64,000 nucleotides of DNA from a virus: the IMG/VR virus record IMGVR_UViG_3300030118_004979, positions 4,400 through 68,399 of that record; one strand, given 5' to 3'. Positions 18,201-28,878 of the stretch are shown in pieces. The notes below the pieces were generated by a model. It searched no databases, was not told the DNA's origin, and saw nothing but the letters and a program-made list of their open reading frames with translations. Within the stretch, counting starts at the first letter, position 1. Every line of letters begins with the position of its first letter. Position numbers and translations under genes: made by a program.

Positions 18201-21200
18201 ATTCTATTTAAGAATAAATTATCAGGTTTTAATTGTTGTAAATCTTCTAGCTCTTGAATTAATGTTTTAGGATCTCTAGCGCCATATAATAATGTCATAC
18301 GTTTTTTTAAATTATTAACGATGACTTGATTTATTATTCTTGATTTTAAATGCGCTCTTTTATTATCATTTAGAAACTGTACTGCAGATTCAGTTGTTAA
18401 TAAACTCTGCATATATGGAGTATATCTTATATCTGTTACGCTTGCTCTATTTAAAAAACTATCAAACAAATTCATAGCATGACTTACTATAGGATTACTT
18501 TTACTATCTCCTAATGTATATGGTATATTTAATCCAACTTTTGTTTTTCTTGTTTTAATGTTTACAGTCTCTGGATTTATTATAATTTCATTATTAATTA
18601 TTTCTTCTATTTGATCTCTTATAATTTTTAACTCTAATGGATTTTTTTCTATACTTTGATGCACCGTAAATGCTTTACCAAAAGGTCTAACTACATCATT
18701 ATTAAACTGCTGTAAACCATACAACATTAATACAACATCTATGTTAGCAGATCTATCATTATTTAATAAATCTTGTATATTTATATTAACACCATCTTTT
18801 AGTCTATTAGATAGTTTTGTCCAGTTTGTTTTGCTAGATAAGTTTTTACCTAATTTTTCATTTTGCAAAAAAGTTATTAAAGAATTAAATGACATATCAT
18901 ATTCTTTACCAAACATTTTTTCTATATCACTGTTTCTTGAAACATAACTTTTGCTTTGACCTTTTTTAAAAGCCATGTATTTTTTTACAATAGGGCTATT
19001 AAATATTAAAGATATATCTTCAAGACTATACCCTAATCTTCTAAGTGTTACATATGGAAATATACTTTGGTAGTTTAATCCAAGTTTTTCTGCATATTGA
19101 TATTTAGCATTATCTAATACTATATTTAATAACTGTGCCACACCATACCAATTACCTGTATTGTTTTCTAATGTAGTATCATCAAAAAATTGAGTAACTT
19201 CTCTAGTCTCTCCTTGTAAGTTTGTAAATGATATATTAAAAGGTAGTTGTTCATTGTTATTAGAAAATACATTATATACTCTTTGTAACGCCGCAACAAT
19301 ACCTACTAGACGTTTAGAAGGAACATTCTCTTCAAACATTTTAGCATCACCCTGTGGTAATAATTGTGTAGGTATATCAATTTTTGATAGCTCTGTATTT
19401 TTTTCTACACTTTCAATAGATTTTTTAGACACTTCGTCAAAGTCTATATTAGATTGTAATTCATTTTTCTTTTCTGCTTTACTTACTAGTTGTATATACT
19501 TATCAAAAAAATCATTAGTCTTTAATCTCCAGCTTTTATTTTTAACTTTAGTTTCAATATCTGTCCATTTAAAATTCATATGCACAGAATCTCCATCTAA
19601 ATCTGCACCCCAATATGAACTTACTTTTGCAGGTATAGATATATTAGAAGATGGAGTGTTAGCCAATCTATCGTGAAACTCTTTAACAATAAATACAGCG
19701 CTACTTACTTTACCATGTGCTGGTATTCTTGTGCCTATAAATATATCTCCTATATTTACTCCTTGAGCTTTAAGATATTCAGGAACCCATGCTTCTGATA
19801 CAATTATATTTGGATTCTCTTCTCTTAAATCTAATATAGCAGATTCAAAATCACTTTTATTCTGTTCATTAGTAAACTTATCTGCGATAAAATTACCATT
19901 ATCATCAAAGTAATCATCAGGAGTTTTGTAAGATTGTAATCCTAAGCCTAAACTAGAACTTTGATATGCTATAGATCCTTTAGTATACATTTTAGTACCC
20001 TTGTGCGCTATACGCCCACCAGCTATAGAATTGTATATAGAATTTAAATATGGATATCTAGGATCAGTAAAACCAAACATAGAGTCTACTAGTATACCAA
20101 AAACCTCTGGACTCATTGAAGTTTTGAATGAATCTCTTTCTTTTATCACATCATCTTGTGTTGCACCCTCATCTTTAATTAAAGCTTTATTTCTTTCTAT
20201 ATTATTAGCTTCCATTACTTCTTTTCTAAGCTGTAGCATTTCATTTACTAAGGCTTGTTCATCAACACCTATATTAGTAACTAAATGATAGAATAACTGT
20301 GACGGAAAAAATCTTTCGTTAGATTGTTTATCTAATTCTAATTGTATACCTAATCCTTCACCTGATAATGGTGTATATCCATCTTGCATATATAATTCAT
20401 TCTGTAATCTATTTATTGTATCTATATCTTCATTTACATCATAAACATACTTAGATCCTTGTGGTCCAGAAACACCATCTTTAAATACTTTAGTAGAAGA
20501 CTCTGAAACGGCCATAACTAAATTACCATGTTTAAATATATTATCTCCTTTAAAATCTTCTATGGTATTTTCAGATATCATTCTATGTCTTTCTCTTAAA
20601 ACATCTGCAATTTTTTTCAACTCAGGACTTGCTTGTTCCATTTTAGGTGTTAATGGATGCACAGCATATTTTAAATATACTGTTTCTCCAGATTTTATAT
20701 CTGTATGATAATATACAAATTTTAAAACACTACCTACTTTTTGTATATCTCCATACTTGGAGGCTACAGCCTCTATTTGTTCTGGCAACATATAACCCAT
20801 AGCATCATTTTCTATATAGTTATTTTCTTCTTCAGTGGTTATATTTAAATTATCATCTACATATAAGTCTTTAAATATTACAGGCTCTACTCCAACATTT
20901 TTATCAAACTCTGTATGACTTGCAATAGCACCCGCAGCTCTTTTTATATAATCTGTCTCGCTTTGTGATTGTCTATGATCATGTATAAAAACTTGTTGAG
21001 CCATAAACTTATTAGCTAGATATGATGTTAAGAATGCATCATAGGCTTCTCTTTTATTTTTTATTGCATTGTATTGCGTGTTACCTTCATATAGTTCTAG
21101 ATTATTTTTAATATAATCGCTAAATTGTTTTACTAATTCAGGCATTTCTTTAATAGATAAATTACCATCTTTTTCTACAATTGTGTACGGAAATATATCT

Positions 21201-24200
21201 TGACCTTTTGTATATTTAGCATTTATAGCAGGATTATTTTTAAGTTTAGTTAATATAATATTTTTCATATTAGTATTATGAGCAGCAAAACTTTGTACAT
21301 AATACCTTCTGCTTTTATCTGAAAATACAGCTATAGGCTGACTATATGTAAAACCTTCTGTGTTTTTCTTTTGATTATATATTCCTATAAAATTAAAAAA
21401 ATCACTAGCAGTTAATTCTGTTGAAGTTAAAGCATTTAATGTTAATGACATATCTTCAAATTCTACACCTTCTTTGGATGATATAAAATATCTCATTAAT
21501 CCAGAGTTTATTTCTATACCAAATGGGTTTTGTAATATATTACCCTCTTCATTTAATAATAAACCTTTTTGTAATTTATTACGTAATATTTCTGTATATA
21601 TATTATTTTCTGGACTTAGTATATTAGATGAATCAAAATTATAGTCTTTACTAACTAACTCGGCTAATCTCATAGATTTATTATGTAAGCTATTTTGTTT
21701 GTTAAATATACTTACGCCTTGTTTTTCTACATTATCAACAATTGATAAAAAGTTTTTTGATCTTGACAATACAAGCCCTTGTGTTAATATTTGTCTTATT
21801 TCTTTTTGCCCTTTAAGATCTTTACCAACTTGATATTTAAAAAATCCAGTAGGTTTAAATTTATCTGTAGTTGGTTCAAATTCATTTTTACCTTTATATA
21901 CAACCCATGTTTTATCATTATCAAGCTTTATAGTTTTTCTTCTTGAGCCAGACTTTGTTGTAAAACCTATTTCTTTAAAATTAAAAAATATGTCTTCTAA
22001 ATATTGTTGCTTATCATCAAATAGTATAGGGTTGTTAAGTAAGGCCTGTTTATCAATTAATAATCCTTTTGGGCTATCGTCTAATAAAACACCTAATATT
22101 TCTTCTGCCGCTTCTCTTCTTGCAACTTTATCCTTAGGATCTACTTTAAATAAATTTGTATATATCTTTGCAATCTTATCATGCTTGCTTGTTCTGTCCT
22201 TTTGTAATATGTCTAATATAGATTTTAAAGCATTATCTTCTACAGAACTACTAGTAGCTGTATATTTTTTCCAAGTTCTTTTACCTTCTTTATCTATAAT
22301 TAAAGTATTGTTCATTAAAGTTTCTATCTGTAACCCATCTAATGGTGATTTTAATTCAATAATTTTTGCATTAGTTACATCAGAATTTTGATAAACACTA
22401 TCTAAAACAGTTAACATAGATTTTATTTCATGATTAGTGCTTTTTCTTAATAGCATTACAAAATCAAAAGGTTCATTCTTAGTAGATTTAGAAATAGTTA
22501 AAAGCTCATGCAATAAATTTTTTCTATCCATTGGTATTGCAGGATTTTTATAGTTGAATAATGCTACTATTTTTCTAGTAAATGCAGATAGTGTAGTGGG
22601 TAAAGCAATATCTTTTTCTTCTCTAGCATTTAAATCATTTTGATTTTCTGAATCTTCTGAAACATCTTCTATAGTTTCTGTACTTAAACCTATTTGGTTA
22701 ATAGCTTTATCTAATCTTTGATCTGCAATTTTAAGTTGATTTCTTTTTGTTGTTTGAATTACTATAGCCCTTACATAATCTCTAATTTTAAATAATTCAT
22801 CATCAGACAATCTATGATCTTTTTTCAAATCATTCATTACATTTCTTACTATTTCATCTTCAGTTAAGTTTCTGCCTATATAGTCACCTATTGATGCATG
22901 AACAACTGAATATCCAGAAACTTTTTTTAGTCTTGAATTAGAAGCTTTTTTCATAGACGCCCTAGCTGGATTGCTTACTGTAGGTATTGTATTTCTATCT
23001 GAACCAAAATCTAATAAAACATGTTTAATAGCAGCCTCTAAATCTAGATCTCCTATATTGTCAACAGAAAGATTTAATAGCTCTAGCGCTTCCTTTTCTG
23101 TTGTAAGATTTTTTATGTCTTTATAAAATTCAATTAAATCTTGTCTTAACTGTTCTTGTGCTTTTGTACCTTCTATCACTGTTTGTGATGTACCATAAGA
23201 ATATGCTTCTAAAGCTCTAGTAAAGGATTCTTCTATTAAAGGTTCTTGTAAATCTATTCTAACTTCTTTATGACCTAATGATTTAAGTTGTGTTCGTAGT
23301 TCTGTAAACAACTCATTCATTCTGTTATTATCATTTTTTCTTTCTGCTCTAGCTAAATTGTTTACAATATCTGTAAGTACATTACTATCCAAAACTTTAT
23401 TGGAAGATTTTTCTTGACTATAAAATTCACCAACTGTAATTTTTTGCCCATTAATATTCATTAATGTAAGCTCAGGATAAAGTAATTTAGTTGTTTTGAA
23501 TATACCTGACTTATATATAACTTTTCTAATACGCTTCATTAAAGGCGTATCTTTCATTAATCCATAATAAACATGACCAGCTTCGTGAATTATATCACTT
23601 TGTCTAGCGCCATCTATGTTTACAATTACACTACTTCCTAGAGCAAAAGCCACTGATCTTTGACCATACGAATCTATTAGTTGTTGTGATGTTAGATATC
23701 CTTTATATCCAGGAAACTTTTTATCAATAATACTTTTAACTAAATTGTATTCATATAAGTTAGTTCTATGAAAGTTTCTTGTAAAGTTTTCATCAATGTT
23801 AGGCTCTTCTGTAGGTAATGCTGTAGATGGTTTGAAAGAATCATATATTTTTTTTGTTCTTTCTTTTATTTCATCAATTACTTTTTTAGTTATATTTTTT
23901 GGATCAGATTTTTTAGCTCTTTTTTTAAGAGTTTGTTTAAAATCCCTTTGAGCAACCTTACCTACTTGTTCACCATTTATCTTTACAATTATTTCAGATT
24001 CGTATAATTGATCACCAAACTGATAAAACAAATCACCATCTATATCTACTACATTATCTTGTCCAACCTGTGGTTTACGAACCTCTAGTTCTATATTGAC
24101 ATCTTCATCGCTTTGTACAAATTTATCTGATACACCTGCTTGATCTACATAAGATATGGTTTCATCATCTTTGACTATAGTATAATATACTAAACCTCTA

Positions 24201-26743
24201 CCTTTTTCTATTTTAGCTTTTGGAATGGTTCTAGATCCTGCAGATTCTACCCTTTTATAGTCCTTAGTTTTAGGAACTACCTTTCTTTGGTCTTTTTTTT
24301 TTACGTCTTCTGGAGTTTCAGGAGACGTGTCTTCTTGTTGTTTATCGGCCCTTTCTTGTTCTTTAATAGTATTATTTACATCCTTATTTCTGATTTGACC
24401 ATTTCTTCCTGTACCTTTTATATTTAAAGCTTTTTCTTTTGTAAGCTTACCATCTCTGACTGCTTGTTTTAATTTTTCTTTAGCTCCTGGAAGTATGTTA
24501 TCTAAATTGTCAATTTGTTGTATGGTTTCTTTAAGATCTTTTTTAGCTGCTCTTTTTTGTCTTATACTTTGTACTGCTTGTGATATTTTAGTTATACCTC
24601 TACCTACTGCTGCAATTCCTGCAGGTACACTCCTACCTATAGCTTGACCAACTCTTTCTGTTCTGGAAGGTCTATCGGCTTTTTCTTGTTGAGCTTTTGC
24701 CTCTGCTTCTTGTTGTTCTGTAGCTTCTCTTTCTTTTCTTTGCTGTTCACCTTCTTGTGTAAAGGTTTCAAATTCTTCTTGAGATAATCCTTCCTGTTTA
24801 AATCTTTTATCTTTTTTTCCTGTAGTTTTTGCAGTACGTCTATTGTCTTTTGTTCTAGTATATATAGCTTGTATTTCTTTATTTAGCTGTTGCTCTTCTT
24901 CATTTTTTATATTTAACAACTCATTAGTTTCTTCGTTAAGTAAATCTAAATTTTCTTTAAGCTCACTATCATTATTTTTATATATATCTCTAAAATGCTG
25001 TTCTCTATCTTTTTGATTTTCTAATATCTGTTGCTTTTCTTTACCTATTCTAGCAAGTTCAACTTCATAAAAAAATGCTTGTTTTGCTCCAGCTTCAGTT
25101 AAACCTGTATTTACGCTGTGTTTTTCATACATCTTTTCTATATTAGTAATAGCTTCAAAAAATATGTCAGCAGTTTCTTGATTCATTTTACCACTATTAA
25201 CTTGCTCTTGAACTTTTGCCCTAACACCTGAACCATCACCTGAATAGTTCCAAATTTGTGAAGCTATAATATTATCTTGTTCTTTAGCTATATCTGTTCC
25301 ATCTTGATATTTTTGTGTCCAAGTATCTATGTTTTTATTTAGTTGATCTATTTTTTCATTTAATTGTAGTGTTCTTTCTGCCTCTGCATCATAGTAACCT
25401 CTAGCACCACCAAATACAGCGCCCATACCAACACTTGTCCAAAATATATCTTTTATTTCTTTTGGAGCTTGTGATGTAGGAGCTGTTTTTAACCAATCAG
25501 TCCAACTATCATATTCATTTCCTTTTGCTTGTTCTTCTGTAGCATATTTTGCCCACTCTTGATATACTTCTTGAAAACCTTCTGTAGTTCCTTCAAAAGC
25601 ACTATATCCCGCAGCTACACCTAAAGATGGCGCTGCTCTTTTTATTAAGCTTACAGTAAATGGTTTTATACCTTGACCAAATTTTACTTTGGTTGGTTTT
25701 GATGCTGCTAAGTTTTTAACTATATTAAAACTTCTACCTAGTCCACCAAACAACATACCATATGATATAATATCAACTCCTGCCCAAGCAAGATTTTTAC
25801 TTATAACGTTTTTAGCATAGCTAGCTGCTTGATCTGCTGTATATAATGGATTACCATTTTCATCAACATCATTAATCATTTGATTATATGATTCTCCAGC
25901 TAAATATGCTCCTTCCGCTACGTTAGCGCCAATACCACCACCAAACAAAGCTAGACCTTCTTTACCCCCTTTTGTTAAGCTTACACCTTTTTTGCCACCA
26001 TCATATAATAACTTTCCAGTTAAGCCAGTTCCTTTAACACCAAACTTGCCTGGCTTTCCTGCAACTCTTGATCCCTTTAAAGCAGTTTTACCAAATCTTC
26101 CAAGTAATGCATTAGTACCTCTAACAGCCACTTTTGCTCCAATACCATAAGGTACGATAAATGAAAGAGCATATGGTAATAATCTAGAAAATTTTGAAGT
26201 AAAGTACTCTTTAGTAAATAAATCAGAAAAAGTCATATCTTCAAATTTTTCTGATAATACTAATACATTATCATTTTGATATTGTTCTCCAACTCCTTTT
26301 AACCAATTTCCAAATTTTGTATCTGGTGTGGGTTCTCCTGGAGACACCCATGCTTTTAAAAAATTAATTGTATCACCTGTACCTACTAAAAGATCGCCCC
26401 ATCCAGCAGCAAAACCTCTAGTTGTTTTTTCTATATCTGTTCCTAAAAACGATCTTGGATCTTGTACAAGTTGTTCTGGAGCAGGAGTAGCACTTGCAGC
26501 GGCTAATCCTGCAAACTCATCTGTTATTCTTTGCTGTGATGCTATACCTTCTATAATTCTTTCTCTACTAATATCTCTTTGTGGTTCAGGCTTACCTAAG
26601 CTATCAAAAAAAGATACATTATCTTTAACTATAAGTTGATCATCATAGTTCTGTTTTACATCTTGTTCAGGTGATTGCGGTGTTTCTTGCAATCCTTGAA
26701 CTAAAAAATCTAAACTTTTTGTAAAATCTAATTTTTCTGACAT
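15290..26743 (-). CDS. giant virion-packaged RNA polymerase / cargo polyprotein (crAss-like) with zincin domain
   Basis: Catalytic WGADLDGD (19589-19612) preceded by RIPAHG; IIHEAGH zincin motif (23573-23587); N-terminal Gly-rich hydrophobic segments and EGFQE motif; C-terminal HGxGY...GRAILQFKKW; follows muzzle and cargo genes. Confidence 0.85.
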   Translation of the reverse strand: MSEKLDFTKSLDFLVQGLQETPQSPEQDVKQNYDDQLIVKDNVSFFDSLGKPEPQRDISRERIIEGIASQQRITDEFAGLAAASATPAPEQLVQDPRSFLGTDIEKTTRGFAAGWGDLLVGTGDTINFLKAWVSPGEPTPDTKFGNWLKGVGEQYQNDNVLVLSEKFEDMTFSDLFTKEYFTSKFSRLLPYALSFIVPYGIGAKVAVRGTNALLGRFGKTALKGSRVAGKPGKFGVKGTGLTGKLLYDGGKKGVSLTKGGKEGLALFGGGIGANVAEGAYLAGESYNQMINDVDENGNPLYTADQAASYAKNVISKNLAWAGVDIISYGMLFGGLGRSFNIVKNLAASKPTKVKFGQGIKPFTVSLIKRAAPSLGVAAGYSAFEGTTEGFQEVYQEWAKYATEEQAKGNEYDSWTDWLKTAPTSQAPKEIKDIFWTSVGMGAVFGGARGYYDAEAERTLQLNEKIDQLNKNIDTWTQKYQDGTDIAKEQDNIIASQIWNYSGDGSGVRAKVQEQVNSGKMNQETADIFFEAITNIEKMYEKHSVNTGLTEAGAKQAFFYEVELARIGKEKQQILENQKDREQHFRDIYKNNDSELKENLDLLNEETNELLNIKNEEEQQLNKEIQAIYTRTKDNRRTAKTTGKKDKRFKQEGLSQEEFETFTQEGEQQRKEREATEQQEAEAKAQQEKADRPSRTERVGQAIGRSVPAGIAAVGRGITKISQAVQSIRQKRAAKKDLKETIQQIDNLDNILPGAKEKLKQAVRDGKLTKEKALNIKGTGRNGQIRNKDVNNTIKEQERADKQQEDTSPETPEDVKKKDQRKVVPKTKDYKRVESAGSRTIPKAKIEKGRGLVYYTIVKDDETISYVDQAGVSDKFVQSDEDVNIELEVRKPQVGQDNVVDIDGDLFYQFGDQLYESEIIVKINGEQVGKVAQRDFKQTLKKRAKKSDPKNITKKVIDEIKERTKKIYDSFKPSTALPTEEPNIDENFTRNFHRTNLYEYNLVKSIIDKKFPGYKGYLTSQQLIDSYGQRSVAFALGSSVIVNIDGARQSDIIHEAGHVYYGLMKDTPLMKRIRKVIYKSGIFKTTKLLYPELTLMNINGQKITVGEFYSQEKSSNKVLDSNVLTDIVNNLARAERKNDNNRMNELFTELRTQLKSLGHKEVRIDLQEPLIEESFTRALEAYSYGTSQTVIEGTKAQEQLRQDLIEFYKDIKNLTTEKEALELLNLSVDNIGDLDLEAAIKHVLLDFGSDRNTIPTVSNPARASMKKASNSRLKKVSGYSVVHASIGDYIGRNLTEDEIVRNVMNDLKKDHRLSDDELFKIRDYVRAIVIQTTKRNQLKIADQRLDKAINQIGLSTETIEDVSEDSENQNDLNAREEKDIALPTTLSAFTRKIVALFNYKNPAIPMDRKNLLHELLTISKSTKNEPFDFVMLLRKSTNHEIKSMLTVLDSVYQNSDVTNAKIIELKSPLDGLQIETLMNNTLIIDKEGKRTWKKYTATSSSVEDNALKSILDILQKDRTSKHDKIAKIYTNLFKVDPKDKVARREAAEEILGVLLDDSPKGLLIDKQALLNNPILFDDKQQYLEDIFFNFKEIGFTTKSGSRRKTIKLDNDKTWVVYKGKNEFEPTTDKFKPTGFFKYQVGKDLKGQKEIRQILTQGLVLSRSKNFLSIVDNVEKQGVSIFNKQNSLHNKSMRLAELVSKDYNFDSSNILSPENNIYTEILRNKLQKGLLLNEEGNILQNPFGIEINSGLMRYFISSKEGVEFEDMSLTLNALTSTELTASDFFNFIGIYNQKKNTEGFTYSQPIAVFSDKSRRYYVQSFAAHNTNMKNIILTKLKNNPAINAKYTKGQDIFPYTIVEKDGNLSIKEMPELVKQFSDYIKNNLELYEGNTQYNAIKNKREAYDAFLTSYLANKFMAQQVFIHDHRQSQSETDYIKRAAGAIASHTEFDKNVGVEPVIFKDLYVDDNLNITTEEENNYIENDAMGYMLPEQIEAVASKYGDIQKVGSVLKFVYYHTDIKSGETVYLKYAVHPLTPKMEQASPELKKIADVLRERHRMISENTIEDFKGDNIFKHGNLVMAVSESSTKVFKDGVSGPQGSKYVYDVNEDIDTINRLQNELYMQDGYTPLSGEGLGIQLELDKQSNERFFPSQLFYHLVTNIGVDEQALVNEMLQLRKEVMEANNIERNKALIKDEGATQDDVIKERDSFKTSMSPEVFGILVDSMFGFTDPRYPYLNSIYNSIAGGRIAHKGTKMYTKGSIAYQSSSLGLGLQSYKTPDDYFDDNGNFIADKFTNEQNKSDFESAILDLREENPNIIVSEAWVPEYLKAQGVNIGDIFIGTRIPAHGKVSSAVFIVKEFHDRLANTPSSNISIPAKVSSYWGADLDGDSVHMNFKWTDIETKVKNKSWRLKTNDFFDKYIQLVSKAEKKNELQSNIDFDEVSKKSIESVEKNTELSKIDIPTQLLPQGDAKMFEENVPSKRLVGIVAALQRVYNVFSNNNEQLPFNISFTNLQGETREVTQFFDDTTLENNTGNWYGVAQLLNIVLDNAKYQYAEKLGLNYQSIFPYVTLRRLGYSLEDISLIFNSPIVKKYMAFKKGQSKSYVSRNSDIEKMFGKEYDMSFNSLITFLQNEKLGKNLSSKTNWTKLSNRLKDGVNINIQDLLNNDRSANIDVVLMLYGLQQFNNDVVRPFGKAFTVHQSIEKNPLELKIIRDQIEEIINNEIIINPETVNIKTRKTKVGLNIPYTLGDSKSNPIVSHAMNLFDSFLNRASVTDIRYTPYMQSLLTTESAVQFLNDNKRAHLKSRIINQVIVNNLKKRMTLLYGARDPKTLIQELEDLQQLKPDNLFLNRILEIVEKKDGTKTLTYNTVEINELTSYKTINDIRKSFAKLSDQEKNLIFELEAEFNEFGFTGYPKAISFTPFFDQKYMESINNEIERIIQEDQNREYDEGSTVELELAEQMVVNPKDKYSVLEEIQKSSENDRFIVIEEDAFKGPKRKAKKYVGPNTSFNKDYLGDMDKEFTFNQWLADKGIRSEVIDKKSRTYQILKTRYSTYLNDFNIVKKFENTLSRKPLSSYTIKDLVDLANQFRKMDNTATKGMSYLIEKSIGQKMFEKQSKFLQESAKKQNFKYVIPGEDGAQQKDISNFRTWLGANNMTSDRPELQELINQAEIEYTNYINRFNVYRKRIKEKNDALVKSKNKGLTVLERLSASLRPSEKYRMIYGNIIVEEDGKIRLLSKQEYATKRNNLTKEERDYYLEYRAITKIMFDAQRDSGMKSLETYVPGMQMGVLESYDKSGLFGLYNMIINSSDYDRVKVKGIDLDGKEKLKTFYEWKNEVYKGRTVAISLTTGRKINELEKLRRKAKKFKKIGRNEDGSLIQLSDVEYDTLINHGAILKRFMDEKPEGTTDLDLEIIQEYERRKGIKSELTTLDINTALLEFVRGSLFSNGDKKYDGTEADLQRFGGMNNLSILTDAAIAFNKNLDNVNAVKYLTGWWKEGFLGRGKQQSFVGKTGDKVIDGFVKLTSLRLLGFDISIGAGNLLAGKYQELRKRGGSQFVKGEIRYFKDRGKALDILKRYRVVQHSFDDFVHLSERKGLWGKIEKASFIFMDKTEHYIQGASFLGFLTDAEYNTGIIDEQRVRYINNKIATLHGEGYTALDASLLSMYSFGRAILQFKKWFITLINDRFGGEEINRFGEVNIGSYQASTRFAAQFVRRYFRGEISMNQFYDEFKSLSPAKQEEIKAHLRGLGIATVIIALISMLDDEDEPDTVTLKYLKKLEKDIFVTTDSGRFVNYTIIPSSIGTAKKAVKYVGEVTSLEKE

Positions 26744-28878
26744 TATGAATTAAAATATTTAATAATATCTTTTCTAATTTTTTTAGATGAGTTATATTCT
26801 TTTTTTGTCAAATTCTTTTTACTCCATTCATCATACGCAGTTGGTCCTTTTTTAATAGCTTCTACCATACCATTAGCACCATCTTTATAAAAACTTTCTT
26901 TTAAGAGTTTTGCACTAACGGCCATATACTCTGCACTATTTTGAACTTGTTGTCCATTTTGCATTTGAAAAGGATATTCTCTTTCTTGCATAGCATTTGT
27001 ATATAAATCGGTAAATACTAATGGTAAAGCGCTGCTTATTTTACCGCTTGGTACATTAGCCATTGTTAATCCCATGGTTAGTTGAGAGTCAAATGTATTA
27101 ATATAGTTATCCATTTCGCTAACTGAAGCAGCTCCAAATGCCGCAGCTACTTTATTTTTTACTTGCATTTTTCTTTCAACATCTAACATAGTTCTTTTTT
27201 GTTGCATTTCATAATCTAGGGCTTGTGTTTTTACATTGTTTAAATCTGTAGGATCTATTTTTTCATTTAATGCCATTCTAAATGAACTGTCTCCTAAATC
27301 TACTACATCATAATAAAAATCATCTGGACCTACATCATCATCTCTAAATTCAGCCATTAATACATGCTCTATTTGTGTATCTCCTGAAAGTGTATTTTTA
27401 ATTTTTTGTAAGTCTTCTGGATTATCTGTTTGTTTCAACAAAAATGAATTTAATTCACCGTTAGCATCTTTTCCTGATATTCTTAATCCAATATGAAAAC
27501 CATTTAATTGTAAATCTAGAACCCTATCTTCTGCTAACCAATCTAAATATTCTGATCCAGCTTTTCCTGGAGATTTTGTTATGTCTTGTTCTTTTATTAA
27601 CTGACCGCTATCATCATATTTACCTAACATAGATACACCATATACCATTCTATTTGCAGCATTATATTTAGGCGTTCCATCTTGGTAACTTCCATATAAA
27701 GCTTCCATTACAGCCGTCTCTTTATTAGTATTAGTTAAAACTCTATCGCTAGCTATAAGTTGTCTATTAAGTACAAAAGGATTAAACTCTCCGATTTTTT
27801 CAGTTTTATCACCAGGAGATACTCCCAAAATTCTATCTAAATTATCATATATAGCTCCACCACTATACTTTTGAAATAATGTATTTATGTCTGTAACACG
27901 CTTACCATCTATTACAACACCTTGTGTTGTTAAATCAATAAATGAATTTAAGTCATTAATTCCAGCTTGATTTATAGCATCTAAGCTAGACTTTATTTCA
28001 TTTGCAAATGTTGTATTTATAGCGTTTTTACTAAAGTATTGTTTACCACCTATTGCTGTTCCTCCTGTAATAGAATCATCTACACCTAATTCATCAATAA
28101 TAAATTGTTTCATTTCTTCTTCCCCTATTGTGTTAGCAAAGTTACTATACTCACTAAGAGGTATACCCTTATCGTTCATTATATCTTTAATTATAGCACC
28201 TCTATTTACTGAAATAATATCTTCTAAAGTAATATTAGTTCCATAAGTTTTATGTTGATATATTCTATCTAACTCTTCTTGATCATTAGGTAAGTAATCT
28301 GTTCTTTGTCCAGCATAATAAAAGTCATCTGATTCTCCATTTAACCATGAGTTAAATCTTTTATGTACACCTTTTGTTACAAATTGAGCATCTTCTGGAT
28401 CTTGTGAGCTTAGAATATATCTTTCTAAATCAGGTCTAACTTTATTAACCCTTTGAGAAACAGGATTTCCTTGTAAATTACTTTTATATTCTTGCATATA
28501 GTAATCTAAATTTCCGTATGCTCTAGCATTAGAAACTGATCCATATTTTCTTATAACATCTTGTATTTCATTCCAACCAGATTGTGAAGCATGCCAATCA
28601 TAAAAATCATCTACATCTTTTTGTCTTCTAAAATTTACTGACCTATTTTCGTCACCTACTTGTTGTTTTACAAATAAAACATCATCAGCTGTAGTTTGAG
28701 CTTGATTTATAAATTGTTGAACTGCATTTCTTTCTTTTGTCTCAGCTAATTTTTGTCTTTGTACATTTTGCAAAAGCTGCATAGCCTGCATCTCTTGTTG
28801 CATTCTTGTGTTCTGCAATTGATTTGCAGTTTGCAATGGACCTAAAAGTGAACTATAATATCCAAAATCTAAACTCAT
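26743..28878 (-). CDS. virion cargo (ejection) protein
   Basis: Lies between cargo genes and vRNAP; Gln-rich helical N-terminus. Confidence 0.6.
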   Translation of the reverse strand: MSLDFGYYSSLLGPLQTANQLQNTRMQQEMQAMQLLQNVQRQKLAETKERNAVQQFINQAQTTADDVLFVKQQVGDENRSVNFRRQKDVDDFYDWHASQSGWNEIQDVIRKYGSVSNARAYGNLDYYMQEYKSNLQGNPVSQRVNKVRPDLERYILSSQDPEDAQFVTKGVHKRFNSWLNGESDDFYYAGQRTDYLPNDQEELDRIYQHKTYGTNITLEDIISVNRGAIIKDIMNDKGIPLSEYSNFANTIGEEEMKQFIIDELGVDDSITGGTAIGGKQYFSKNAINTTFANEIKSSLDAINQAGINDLNSFIDLTTQGVVIDGKRVTDINTLFQKYSGGAIYDNLDRILGVSPGDKTEKIGEFNPFVLNRQLIASDRVLTNTNKETAVMEALYGSYQDGTPKYNAANRMVYGVSMLGKYDDSGQLIKEQDITKSPGKAGSEYLDWLAEDRVLDLQLNGFHIGLRISGKDANGELNSFLLKQTDNPEDLQKIKNTLSGDTQIEHVLMAEFRDDDVGPDDFYYDVVDLGDSSFRMALNEKIDPTDLNNVKTQALDYEMQQKRTMLDVERKMQVKNKVAAAFGAASVSEMDNYINTFDSQLTMGLTMANVPSGKISSALPLVFTDLYTNAMQEREYPFQMQNGQQVQNSAEYMAVSAKLLKESFYKDGANGMVEAIKKGPTAYDEWSKKNLTKKEYNSSKKIRKDIIKYFNS

